Shown here in pieces: positions 23,765 through 36,330 of a stretch of DNA of 64,000 nucleotides. This stretch comes from Octopus sinensis (taxonomy: Eukaryota), in contig NC_043010.1 of NCBI RefSeq assembly GCF_006345805.1, positions 43,648,001 to 43,712,000 on the forward strand, given 5' to 3'. The notes under the pieces are model-generated. The model was not told where the DNA came from, made no database searches, and worked only from the letters and a program-made list of their open reading frames with translations. A program made the translations under genes and the position numbers. Within the stretch, counting starts at the first letter, position 1. Every line of letters begins with the position of its first letter.

Positions 23765-24706
23765 ATTCTATAGTCTGTTGCCATCATTGCACCTGAAGCT
23801 CAATTCCATCCTTATACCACTTGACTGGTTTAGAGGTGAAAAATCTCCCTCTACCCATTTTCAACCTCATCCACATTGTTGAACCTCCATCTGAGCAGGC
23901 ATCTACCATATTGTGGGTCCTTATTTCTTTGGCCCCAGGATTATCCTTCTGATGGATTTCATTATAGAGTGTCCTAGCCACAAAATCTTGTCTCATCGGT
24001 AGATAATATCATGACAACATTTTCAGACAACCGCTTATGATGTGGGTGATATCTTTGCTGTGAACTCAATAAAGTCTGCATTGGTTGTCACATTTTACTG
24101 CTTTTCCTGTATCTCTATCCCTTTTGTGCATCAGGTATTTGGTTGATATTTCTTGTTCCTGTATTGCAAATATATACCTTTCAAAGTGTGAGATAGTAAT
24201 CCAGCTATTGGTCCATGATAAACAGCTTTGATGATTGCTGTTACTATCATCATGGAGCTTTCTACTAACATATCCATGCATAGTCTTCTGCTCATATATG
24301 CTCATCCTTTCATCTGATGATACATTGTGGTAGAGTCATGCAACTTCTTTGGGTATGTATTTTAGGTTATCAGACCAAGAAACATTGCTCATGTAGCTGC
24401 CTTCCAAGTCTTATGATGTTATCAGCCTCATGGTCAAGGGATGCACTTCAACACTTGCTGGTTAAAAGATGTTGGCGAAGGGATATGATGCAACATTCAA
24501 AGGCATTTTGGATCAATGTTTAACCTTTGTTGCTTTGTTTTCGTTTTAGGTAGAGGCGGTCTACATCACTGTTTATGTGGAAATTATGTGTACTTGTTAG
24601 TTTTTGGGGGTTTTCACATCAATGGGTCGGATCTCATCAAGCGTCCAATCAAGCAGCCTAAATGTTGGTATGAGTACTGGCACTGCAAACACATTGTGAG
24701 CCGCAT
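23765..24706 (-). mobile_element. Decayed R4/Dong-clade (restriction-like endonuclease) LINE fragment
   Basis: Minus-strand motifs NFHINSDVDRLY, TISHFERYIFAIQEQEISTKYL, and a CCHC-like KCDNQCRL...DITHIISGC...YYLPMR.DFVA. Contains stops and frameshifts. Confidence 0.75.
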
Positions 24707-24711
24707 GTATG

Positions 24712-24743
<32 letters not shown>

Positions 24744-24811
24744 TGTATTATGTATGTATGTATGTATGTATGTATGTATATATTATGTATGTATGTATGT
24801 ATGTATGTATG
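24707..24811. repeat. (TATG)n microsatellite
   Basis: Direct reading of the sequence. Confidence 0.95.
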
Positions 24812-25459
24812 CATTTTAGGTATGTGACATTGATAATGTTTACACTATGGAGTTGCTTCTAACAAAAACTTTGTCACATATTAAATATATGTCTTGTTAA
24901 ATGATTTATTTTACCTGTGCGCTGCTTTGGCACACCAGCAGGTGGATTTTATGTAACCCATACATACTTCAGACCAAGCATAAATAACTGCAAAATATCA
25001 ATATCTGTCATTCTTGTTCACCTCTGGAGCTGTTCAATTGTTTTGTCTGGCTTTAAAGTATACTTTGTTTTTTTAACACTCTGAATCTTCAAAGGGATCT
25101 TCTATGGACAAAAAATAACACAGCATAAATCTTTTACCAACACATATATAAAATATGTGATATTGATATTGTTTAAATTATAGAGCTGTTTCTAACACAA
25201 AATTTGTGTGTGTGTGTAACTTTTACTTGTTTCAGTCATTAGACTGTGGCCATGCTGGAGCACTGCCTTGATGAATTTCTAAGTCAATTGGATTGAGCAT
25301 GGTCCTTTTTTTGTTTCTCTATTTAAGCCTGGTACTTATTCTATCAATCTCTTTCGCTGAACCACTAAGTTACAGGGATGTAAACACACCAACACCAGTT
25401 GTCAGGTGGTGGTTGGGGACAAACACAGACACAAAGACACACATATATACATACATACA

Positions 25460-27510
25460 TCATCATCATCATCATCATCATTTAACGTCCGCTTTCCATG
25501 CTAGCATGGGTTGGACGGTTCAACTGGGGTCTGGGGAGCCCGAAAGCTGCACCAGTCCAGTCAGATCTGGCAGTGTTTCTACAGCTGGATGCCCTTCCTA
25601 ACGCCAACCACTCCGAGAGTGTAGTGGGTGATTTTATGTGCCACCGACACAGGTGCCAGACGAGGCTGGCAAACGGCCACGCTCGGATGGTGTTTTTTAT
25701 GTGCCACCGACACAGGTGCCAGACGAGGCTGGCAGACGGCCACGCTCGGATGGTGTTTTTATGTGCCACCGACACAGGTGCCAGATGAGGCTGGCAAACG
25801 GCCACGATCGGATGGTGCTTGTTACATGCCCACAGCACGGAGGCCAGTCGATGCGGTACTGGCTACGGCCACGTTCGGATGGTTTTCTTGTGTGCCACGT
25901 GCCACCGGCACTGGTACCACAAAGATACAAATTCCATTGATGTTCATCTATTTTGATTTGTTTTGATTTTCACTTGCCTCAACAGGTCTTCACAAGTGTC
26001 ACAAGAAGGAAGGTATGCACAGGTGGACTGACTACGTCCCAGGTAGGGGCCATGGGTTATGGCCTGACTAGTCTTGCCGGGTCTTCGGATGGTGTTTTTA
26101 TGTGCCACCGACACAGGTGCTAGATGAGGCTGGCGAACGGCCACGATCGGATGGTGTTTGTCATGTGCCCACCGCACTGACTACAGCACTGATGGATTTC
26201 TTGTGTGCCACAGGCACTGGTACCACAAGATACAAATTCCATTGATGTTCATCTATTTTGTCTATTTTGATTTGATTTGATTTGATTTTCACTTGCCTCA
26301 ACCGGTCTTCACAAGTGTCGCAAGAAGGAAGATATGCACAGGTGGACTGACTAGTCTTGCCGGGTCTTCGGAAGGTGTTTTTATGTGCCACCGACACAGG
26401 TGCCAGATGAGGCTGGCGAACGGCCATGATCGGATGGTGTTTGTTACGTGCCCACAGCACGGAGGCCGGTCGATGCGGAACTGGCTACGGCCACGTTCGG
26501 ATGGTTCTCTTGTGTGCCACCGGCACTGGTACCACAAAGTGTGTGCCACCGGCACTGGTACCACAAAGATACAGATTCCATTGATGTTCATCTATTTTGA
26601 TTTGTTTTGATTTTGATTTGGATTTTCACTTGCCTCAACAGGTCTTCACAAGTGTCACAAGAAGGAAGGTATGCACAGGTGGACTGACTACGTCCCAGGT
26701 AGGGGCCATGGGTTATGGCCTGACTAGTCTTGCCGGGTCTTTGGATGGTGTTTTTATGTGCCACCGAGACAGGTGCTAGATGAGGCTGGCGAACGGCCAC
26801 GATCGGATGGTGTTTGTCATGTGCCCACAGCACGGAGGCCAGTAGATGCGGTACTGGCTACGGCCACTTTCGGATGGTTTTCTCTTGTGTGCCACCGGCA
26901 CTGGTACCACAAAGATACAAATTCCATTCATGTTCATCTATTTTGATTTGTTTTGATTTGATTTTGATTTTGATTTTCACTTGCCTCAACAGGCCTTCAC
27001 AAGTATCACAAGGAGGAAGGTATGCACTGGTGGACTGACTACGTCCCAGGTAGGGGCCATGGTTTATGGCCTGACTAGTCTTGCCGGGTCTTCGGATGGT
27101 GTTTTTATGTGCCACCGACACAGGTGCTAGATGAGGCTGGCGAACGGCCACGACCGGATGGTGTTTGTTATGTGCCCACAGCACGATGGCCAGTGATGCG
27201 GTACTGACTACGGCCATGTTCGGATGGATTCTTGTGTGCCACCGGCACTGGTACCACAAGCGGTACTGACTACTTTTTATGTGCCACCGACACAGGTGCT
27301 AGATGAGGCTGGCGAACGGCCACGACCGGATGGTGTTTGTTATGTGCCCACAGCACGATGGCCAGTGATGCGGTACTGACTACGGCCACGTTTGGATGGA
27401 TTCTTGTGTGCCACCGGCACTGGTACCACAAGCGGTACTGACTACGGCCACGTTCGGATGGATTCTTGTGTTCCACCGGCACTGGTACTACAAAGATACA
27501 AATTCCATAT
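25460..27510 (-). repeat. RTE-LINE 3' tail with a nested higher-order tandem array: ~58-60 bp subunits inside ~300-350 bp units
   Basis: Starts with the (CAT)n RTE tail. The subunit tttatgtgccaccgacacaggtgc(c/t)aga(c/t)gaggctggc recurs many times. The marker gatacaaattccatt recurs at ~25925, 26229, 26569, 26915 and 27497. Confidence 0.92.
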
Positions 27511-27511
27511 T

Positions 27512-27544
<33 letters not shown>

Positions 27545-27546
<2 letters not shown>

Positions 27547-28630
27547 CATCATCGTTTAAACATCCACTTTCCATGCTGGCATGGGTTGGACGGTTTGACT
27601 GAGAACTGGTGAGCCAGAAGGCTGCACCAGGCTCAATCTGATCTGGCAAAGTTTCTACAGCTGGATGCCCTTCCTAACACCAACCACTCCAAGAATGTAA
27701 TGGGTGCTTTTACATGCCACCTGCATAAGGGCCAGTCAGGCAGTTCTGGCAACAACCATGCTCAAAAAGTGTTTTTTACATGCTACCTGCACGGGAGCCA
27801 GTCCAGCGGCACTGGCAACGAACATGCTCGAATATTGTTTTTCATGTGCCACTGGCACATATGCTGATAAGGCAACGCTGGCAACAATCACACTCGAATG
27901 GTACTTTTTACATGCCACCAACACGGGAGCCAATCCGTGGCCCTGGCAACGATCACGCTTGGATGTGCTTTTAACATTCCACTGGCATGAGTGCCATTCA
28001 GGCAGTATTGTCATTGGCCATGTCAGCAATTTTGATCTGATTTCACTTGCTTCAATAGGTCTTCGCAAGCAAAGTTTATTGTCCATTGAATGAGGGGTAC
28101 TCATAAGTGGGCTGGTTACACCCACTGGCATAGGCCACAGGCTATGGTCTCACTTGGCTTGCCGGGTCTTCTCAAGCACAACATATCTCCAAAGGTCTCA
28201 GTCACCTGTCATTGCCTCGGTAAGTCCCAACGTTCGAAGGTCATGCTTCACCACCTCATCCCAGGTTTTCCTGGGTCTACCTCTTCCACAGGTTACCTCA
28301 ACTACTAGGGTGTGACACCTTCTCACACAGCTGTTCTCATTCCTTCGCAACACATGACCATACCAATGCAGTTGTCTCTCTTGTATACCACATCTGATAC
28401 TTCTTAAATCCAACTTTTCTCTCAGGACACTTACACTCTGTTGTGTATACACACTGACATTACACATCCAGGGGAGCATACTGGCTTCATTCCTTGCAAG
28501 CTTACGCATGTCCTCAGCAGTCACGATCCATGTTCCACTGCCATGTAGCATTGCTGTTCGTACACATGCGTCATACAGTCTGCCTTTTACTCTAAATAGA
28601 GGCCTTTTGTCACCAGCAGAGGTAGGAGCT
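27545..28630 (-). mobile_element. RTE-clade LINE, 3' fragment (RT C-terminus plus 3' UTR and (GAT)n tail)
   Basis: ORF 28198..28707 contains VKGRLYDACVRTAMLHGS...RQLHWYGHVLRR...GRGRPRKTWDEVVKHDLRTLGL, the typical RTE C-terminus. The shared tail is catcatcgtttaa...ccatgctggcatgggttgg. Confidence 0.9.
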
Positions 28631-29227
28631 CTCTGAACTTTGCCCAGGTTATTCTTATTCTTTTTGTACACTGTATACACACTACTGTGTCCCTGCCAAG
28701 TTTGCAACTGCTATTTCCCCCTTCATCCAGACAACAGGGGTCCTCCCTCAAGCCACTTCCTATTGATACCTTTTCCTCATTCTACCATTGACTACTTCCT
28801 CACCCAAGTTTGTATCTTCACCCCTTATCATCCAATCACTCTCCTATCTACTGGATTATTCTGCTGTTGTAAGAAATGAAAGCAGATCCTGTTGCTACAT
28901 ACACCATATTGATTTCAAATTTTGGTACAAGACCAGCAACTTTGAGGGAAGAGGTAGGTCGATTACATCAACCCCAGTGTTCAACTGGTACTTACTTTAT
29001 CAACCCCGAAAGGATAAAAGGCTAAGTCGACCTCTGCAGAATTTGAACTCAGAACATAAAGACAGATAAAATGCCACTAAAGAATTTGCCCACACAGGCT
29101 GATTCTGCCAGTTTGTCGCCTTATATATCATGCCATATGGACATTATTGTACTGCTAGTTACCACTTCCTCTCTTCTATGTTACTCACAGTTTACATTCA
29201 TCCCTCACTCTTATCATCCCCCACTCA

Positions 29228-29575
29228 TTTACCATCCCCGAACGTGGCCGTTGCCAGTGCCACCCCGACTGGCTTCTGTGCCGGTGGCTCGTAAAAAGCA
29301 CCAACCCATCGTGGCCGTTGCCAGCCTCCGTGCCGGTGGCATGTAAAAAGCACCATCCAATTGTGGCCGTTTGCCAGCCTCATCTGGCTCCTGTGCCGGT
29401 GGCACGTAAAAAGCACCCACTACACTCATGGAGTTAGGAAGGGCATCCAGCCGTAGAAACATTGCCAGATCAGACTGGGCCTGTTGCAGCCTTCTGGCTT
29501 CCCAGACCCCAGTTGCACCGTCCAACCCATGCCAGCATGGAAAGCGGATGCTAAACGATGATGATGATGATGACT
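29228..29575 (+). mobile_element. RTE-family 3' UTR fragment with internal short repeats
   Basis: Reverse-complement match to the 25460 and 27545 elements. Ends in aacccatgccagcatggaaagcggatgctaaacgatgatgatgat. Confidence 0.85.
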
Positions 29576-30299
29576 TGTCCACTGTTCACTAAATTCATCT
29601 CCTATGAACATCAGTTCGCTCCATCCATGGTTATATCTATATCTCATTTTCCCCCAAGACATGTAACATTGCCCACCCTCCTTAATTTTTCTGCATCCAC
29701 ACTCTCTTCTGTTCACCACCTTGGATATGTTACCTTGAGGGCACGTTCGTCACTACCATATTTACCTTTCTTTTGGGCAACAATTCAACCTCCCCCTTCT
29801 ACCCATGAAAATGTGAGGTAGCCATGAATCTCCTCATATAAATTTCTTCCTGCTCTGCCCACCATACTTTCTGTGTCTTATTCTTCCTCATAGTTGAGGG
29901 GGCTCTTTAGTCTTGCAAGCTCCAAAACGACCTCACTAGTGGTGAGGCACCGGAAAAGTATTCCTTCAGCGTTAGGAAGGTCATGTAACAACTGAGACAC
30001 TGTAACAAGCTATGGTCTTCCGACCCGTTGGCTTCCGACGAAACGTCTAACCCATAGATTGAAGGGATAATATAATCTTGGCTATCACCTCACTAGCACA
30101 TCCTTTCAGATCCTGGCTAGCGTGTATGGAAGGGCATCCGGCTGTAGAAAACGCCGAAACAGACTGGAGCCTGGTGCAGTTCTCCGGCTTAGCAACTCCG
30201 TGGAAAACGGACGCTAAATGTTGATGATGATCACACACGCACACACACACACACATACACAACTTGCTATTATGAAAACAAAATTTCGAAAAAATCAAA

Positions 30300-31100
30300 T
30301 TTTTATTATTTTTCATATGATAATTACAGATATAAAAAAACTGAATTTTGTATATTATGAGATAATCAGAACGGACATCTCAAGCAACAAATCGAACCTG
30401 TATAAAAAAAAAAAGACAAAGTCACCTTTTGTTTGGTTGGAGGGGTTTTAAGGTACTACAGATTTTATATTTAACAACTTCAATGTGTTAGTAATTATTT
30501 TTAAATCTCTGAAACCATGAAAACTAGAGTGAACAACTGGTGCAATTGAAGACGGAAATAAAAAAATATATATATTTGAAATATAAACTGTAGATTGTTA
30601 GCTACGCACTTATTTTTATTTTTAAAAATTTACACGAAAGCCTAACCTAGAATTATTAAATTTTATTTGTAAATTTTTAAAAATTAAATGAGCTAACAAA
30701 GTGATTGCTAGTATATTCTATTTTTAGTTTTTGCTCGATGTTTTGTCGAACCGGAGTCGCCTGAGCGACCGTCCATGTTTGCAGACAGACTTCTGCAAAA
30801 AGAGGCGAAGGCGTACGAGCTTGACTTGTACTTCGTCTATAATTTTTTTTTTTAATTTCGGGGCTACCTGCTCAGAAATTCTTAATTCCGAGTCCCTTAC
30901 ATCAGGTAAGGATCTATCTTGATTTCTGCAAGGTTAACTTTTTAAAATTTTGTCTTAATATTTGCAATTGGCCGGTTTTCTTGTCTCTCTTGTAAGATTG
31001 GCTATAAAGTGAGGGATTATATTGTAACACACAAATTCTATAAACACGATCCCCCATTTATTATCTTGTTCGATTTCGCTCCTGTTGCAAAAATGTAATC
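30300..31100 (+). promoter_or_regulatory. Second CpG-enriched promoter-like island with a candidate plus-strand first exon (~30730-30905)
   Basis: Cluster of CpGs in non-repeat sequence, a CGGAA motif near 30553, and a strong donor CAG|gtaagg at 30906. Confidence 0.45.
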
Positions 31101-31621
31101 GTAGTTTATTATAGAATTCCTTTAGGTAAAACAGCCTTGGGTTTATAACCACTGAATATATACAATTATTAAGAATGAAAATTGGATCTAAAATAAGAGA
31201 ATGGTTTTGTAATTACTTGACTCAACAGTGTTTCGTTTTACATGACAAATCGACTTTACTTGTCTTTCCTTTCTGTTTATTAGTGATTGTACTTTCAATA
31301 GCAAACTTGCTCTTAGTGTTGACTGTTATTTTTCTACGTTTTCAAGACTTCCATGCCTTTAGCTCTGAGAAAAAATGTCCGACTCCAACTCTAGTTTACC
31401 GACTATTTTTTAAAATTATTACATACATGTTTATAAACTGTCCCACGCATGCAATGACATAGTATTTATTTTGACATTTTTTTTTGATCGTTAGTTTTAC
31501 TAAAAAATACTTTGCAACATAAACCTAATCCTATTATAATTTAGTATTTTGCTAACAGAGGATATAGGAAGAGTATAAGAAGACTGAGTCTCGTGAACAT
31601 TCTTACACTTATGTATGTGTG

Positions 31622-31662
<41 letters not shown>

Positions 31663-32038
31663 GATTTGTATTATGTATATATATCATATATGTGTGTTAA
31701 TAAATCATGTATTTGTATTGTATCATATTAAACATACATTATATATATATATACACATATATATATCATCAACATTTAGCGATCGTATGCTGGTATGGGT
31801 TGAACGGTTTGACGGGATCCGACAGGTCAGACGGTTGTGCGAGCTCATTTCTGTTTTGGCGTGGTTTCTACGGCTTAGTGCCCCTTCTTAACACAAACCA
31901 CTTTACAGAGTGTGCTAACTCCTTTTTTGTATTACTAGCAACGAGTAAAGTAGCTCGCAAAACAAGACCCTTTGGGTGAGTGGGGCTGTTGTGTGTGTGT
32001 ATCACGTAAACTATACATCTTATCCAGTGTGTGTGTGT

Positions 32039-32073
<35 letters not shown>

Positions 32074-32541
32074 ATGTATTGGCCAACAAAAGCCATATAA
32101 GGCAGATATGGCTGTGTGGGTAATAAGTTTGCTTCCCAACCACATAGTTTCAGATTCAATGTCACACTGTGGGACCTTGGGCAAGTGTCTCCTAGTAATA
32201 GCCTCAGTCCAACCGAAGCCTTGCGAGGGGGATTGGTAGGTGGAGATTGAAAGAAGCTTATCATATATATATATATATATTATAATAATATGTATGTGTA
32301 CGTATACTTGTGACTTGTCTTGATATTGCATGATAGTTGTAAATGAGCATCACTGTCATTTAAGCCGTAGTGTTTCAGTATTCTTGGCATGTAGATATAT
32401 TACCCTGCTTGGAAACAGGTGAATGTTGGTGACAGGAAGGGCCTCTAACTGTAGAAAATCTGCCTTCATAAAATCTATCTTACCTATGGAAGCATAAAAA
32501 GTTGATGTTAAAACTATGATGATATATATCTCATGATAATA

Positions 32542-32584
<43 letters not shown>

Positions 32585-32858
32585 CAAATATTTATACAAC
32601 CATAATTCTCCATTTTCTTTCTTTAAAGCTTATAAGCAATCACCATGTATTGACTAAAGAAAATAATCTAGTATTGGGGCATATAAGCCCTGGATGGAAA
32701 AAAAGTAGGGTTTTTGTACTCATGGGAGGTTATAAAACATTATTTACAGAATTATAAAAATCAACACTGCTCACCAAAAACCATCCCATATATATATGTG
32801 TGTGTATGTATGTATGTATGTATATACATATATATATGTATGTATATGTATATATATA

Positions 32859-32892
<34 letters not shown>

Positions 32893-33599
32893 ATCATGTC
32901 ATATCATCATCAATTAACATGTTTTCCATGCTGGTATGAGTTGGACAGTTTGGCAGGATCTGATCAGAGCTTCTTCAAGCTCCAGTGTCAACTTTGGCAT
33001 AGTTTCAATGGCTTGATGCCATTCAGATGCCAACCACTTTATAGTATGTACAAGGTACTTTTTCTGTTTTTTGTATGACACCAGCACTAGTGAATTCAAG
33101 TAACTTTCAAGAGAAAGAATGGAAAAGAGAAAAGCCTTCTCAACTGAGTAGGGCTGTGTTTGAGAGAATGGGAGGTGGCATTATGCCAAGTATTGAAGGC
33201 TAGGGTATGATTGAGGGACAATCTGAGGTAACATACAATAGAGGAGTTACATGGGTACCTTACATTATATTAGGATGGGTGAGAGTAGCCGGAAGGAAGA
33301 TAAAGAAGATAGGTAAGTGGTGTCAGTGGACTTTCAAGGTAAAAGAAAGTGAATATAAGGAAAGATATAGACTGGATTAGGGTGGAAGGAAAAGATGGGT
33401 AATTTTATAAGAGTGAGATGGGATTAGAGGCAGATGTAGTGAGTGTGGGTGGAGGTGTGGTTTATCATCATCATCATTTAACGATGTTAAATATCAGTTT
33501 GGAGTAGGTGAAGGAGGTGAAACAGATAGATGTAGCTCAAGGAGGATGAGTCAAGAGCAGTAGTACCATAATTCTGTAGATACATCTGAAAGTAGGGAG

Positions 33600-36330
33600 A
33601 CAATGTGCAGGGTGTGATAATCTCACACACATATATGATAGATCAGCAGCAAAAACAAAATCTCATATTTGAAGGATCTTTATGCAATGAAACTGTGCAT
33701 AGCACATACCATAAAGGATACAGAGACACACATATCTTAGTATGTCGTGTGTCATACAGACAGAAAAGATAGAAGCCATGGTAGAGTTGTCATGTGCATC
33801 TGTGAAGATGTTACACCTTTAACCTGTTTATCACATTCAAACTTAATCTGTAATACAATCATAGTGCATATAAAGCAACTTGATATGGTATATGTACACT
33901 ATATTGTCCACCTGGTGATTCAAATCGCAGTAGAAAATTTGAGGAAAGTCATAAAATGATAAACGAAGTACTAAAGAAACTAGGTCAAAACACTAATGTA
34001 CTTCTATGAGTAACTTCAACTTTCCCAACATTAGGTGATCTGAAGGTAACATAATCTCAAGAATGACATGCACAGAACAAAATCAAGCAAAATCCCTACT
34101 TGATCTCACGAAGAGGATGTTCATAGAACAAACAGTATTATCTTCAACTAGGAACAACAATGTCCTTGACCTCTACTTCAATAACACGAAACTACAATGT
34201 GAAGGTGTCGTCAGCAATTTTCTCAGATCGCAGCTTAATGGAATTAACAATGTATAGTCTGAAGCTAGAAGATGTATACCAAAAGGATCCACCTAAATTT
34301 TCTCCAGCCTGGACTTTCTACAAAGTTGACTGAAAATGGGTTCTTAAAGATATCCTCAAACAAAATTGGCCCAGTAGTCCATCTGTGCAAGATATGGACA
34401 CAAAACTCAATTTATGTCATTAATGCAAGCCATATTAAATTCCTCACTGAGGGAAGAGCCAATTCACACAAAAGCTTTATTTTCCAAAACCAGAAAGTCT
34501 TTATGAGATGATATGAAAAATAAAGATATCAAATTGCTTAAATAAACAACTTAATGACTACATGAAGTCCCACCTCAAAACGGCCCGTTTAGAGATATTT
34601 TCACCTCTCTGCTGAAAAATGTGCAACAAGCTGGCCTGATGAGTTTTTCAGTACTACACAGGGAAGAAACAACCATCACTTCAGTGACATAAAAGAAAAA
34701 GACATAAAATTAGTCGTTGATGAGATGAACTCACTCAGTAGTAGGCTCTGATAGTTTTTCAATTAAGACATGCAAGAAAGCTTGCGAAACCATTGCAGAT
34801 ACTTTTCCAGAGCTTCTTCGCATATGATGAACTTCCCATATGTCCTATCCACAAATGAGGGAGCAGAGCAGATGCTAAGGATTACAGACCTATCTCTTTG
34901 ACCTCACATATCAGCAAATCCAGGGAACACATTGTAAGAAGGAAGCTAGTTAAATTCCTTGAAGAAAATGGCTTGTTCACTCACTCACAGCATTATGACC
35001 TGGTATTGAAACAACTACTCAATTATTCAAATGTGGATGTGATATATCTCAACTTTGCCAAGGCCTTTGATAAAGTCAGTCATGGAATGATACGTCACAA
35101 ATTGTGTGACCTTGGTATTATTGGAAAACTAAAGGAGTGGCAACATGACTTTGTTAAAGATATGATTCAGGAAATCACAGCCAATGCCGTTCTGTCTGAG
35201 AAGATATCAATACTAAGCTAAGTCCTTCAGATCTGTACTGGGACCACTACAATTCATGGTGGCTCTTACAGAAATTCCCTTAGTCATACAGTTAGCCACT
35301 CATATCAGTTTTGCTGTTGGTACAAAAGTATCACAAGCTGCCAAGGACACTGATTATACCACAACTTTACAGAAAGGTGAGAATGCAATATACAAGTGGG
35401 CTAAAGAAAATAGCATGCAGTTTAATGCTGATAAGTTTCCAGGACTCTGCTATTGACCCACAGATTGCAATCAGAGTATTTACTCGGGATCAGAGGATTT
35501 TGCAATCCCATAGTCAGTTAGTGTGTAACCAGGGAACATGAATGGGGATGCATCACTGTGTGCATATCACTAAGATGGCAACAATATGTGGGCGACTGAC
35601 TAGTTGGATTCTGAGATCATTCAGAACCCAGGAAAACGGAAACCATGTTGCTCCTATGGAAAACACTTGTGCTCATTTGCTTGGGTTAATGCTCCCACAG
35701 TGTCAAATTAACAGCAGAAGTCAAGGCAATCCAGCACCACTACACTAAGAAAATTGCTTTGGTGCAACAGATGAGCTACTGGGAGAGGCTAAAAGAACTG
35801 AGGCTCTACTCCCTTAACCCTTTAGTGTTCAGATTATTCAATCAAACATAATGTTTACTGATTCCCATTGATTTGAATTAATCATGCATTATCTCATATC
35901 TTCAAGATCTTGATGGTGTAATTACTTAATGTAGAATAACATTGTAGGGTAGGTGTGAGAGCCTGGATCTGGTCAGTTTGAACAAAAAACAGATTAGCTA
36001 TTTTGGCCGGATATGGCCGGTTTAAATACTAAAGGGTTAAGAGAAGAGGTGAAATATATGCAGTAATATATGTGGAAGGTATGGCATCTAACTTTGGGAT
36101 TGTAAGCTATACTAATCATGAGACTGGACACCACTGCATAGTACCAAAAGTCCCACTTTCCCCATCTAGAGTAAGAACCCAGTATTGTAACAGCTTGGGG
36201 TTCGATGGCCTGTGACTTTTCAATACTTTGCTAAAGGCATTGGAGATCTAGGAGGTGTAGATGTGGATGTGTTCAAAGAACAACTTTAGGCAAATTTTTG
36301 TCTGATCACCAGGACCAATTCTGGAGTCAG
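33600..36330 (+). mobile_element. Decayed CR1-clade LINE (APE plus RT), interrupted by a MITE
   Basis: Broken frames give NFNFP.I, AKSLLDL..MFIEQ, R.NNVLDL.FN, DYRPISLTSHISK, NVDVIYL.FAKAFDKVSHG and FNADKF, with LYSL-ERR flanking the MITE. Confidence 0.85.
35818..36036. mobile_element. piggyBac-type MITE with TTAA target-site duplication
   Basis: TTAA (35814-17) CCCTTTAG ... CTAAAGGG TTAA (36037-40). Related copies lie at ~10320-10500, 56330-56530 and 59170-59350. Confidence 0.88.

Noticed and set aside
25632-27510. CRISPR-like appearance of the recurring ~30-60 bp motifs
   Set aside because: The intervening sequences are themselves repeated (no unique spacers), the units derive from an RTE 3' UTR, and there are no cas genes in this eukaryotic context.
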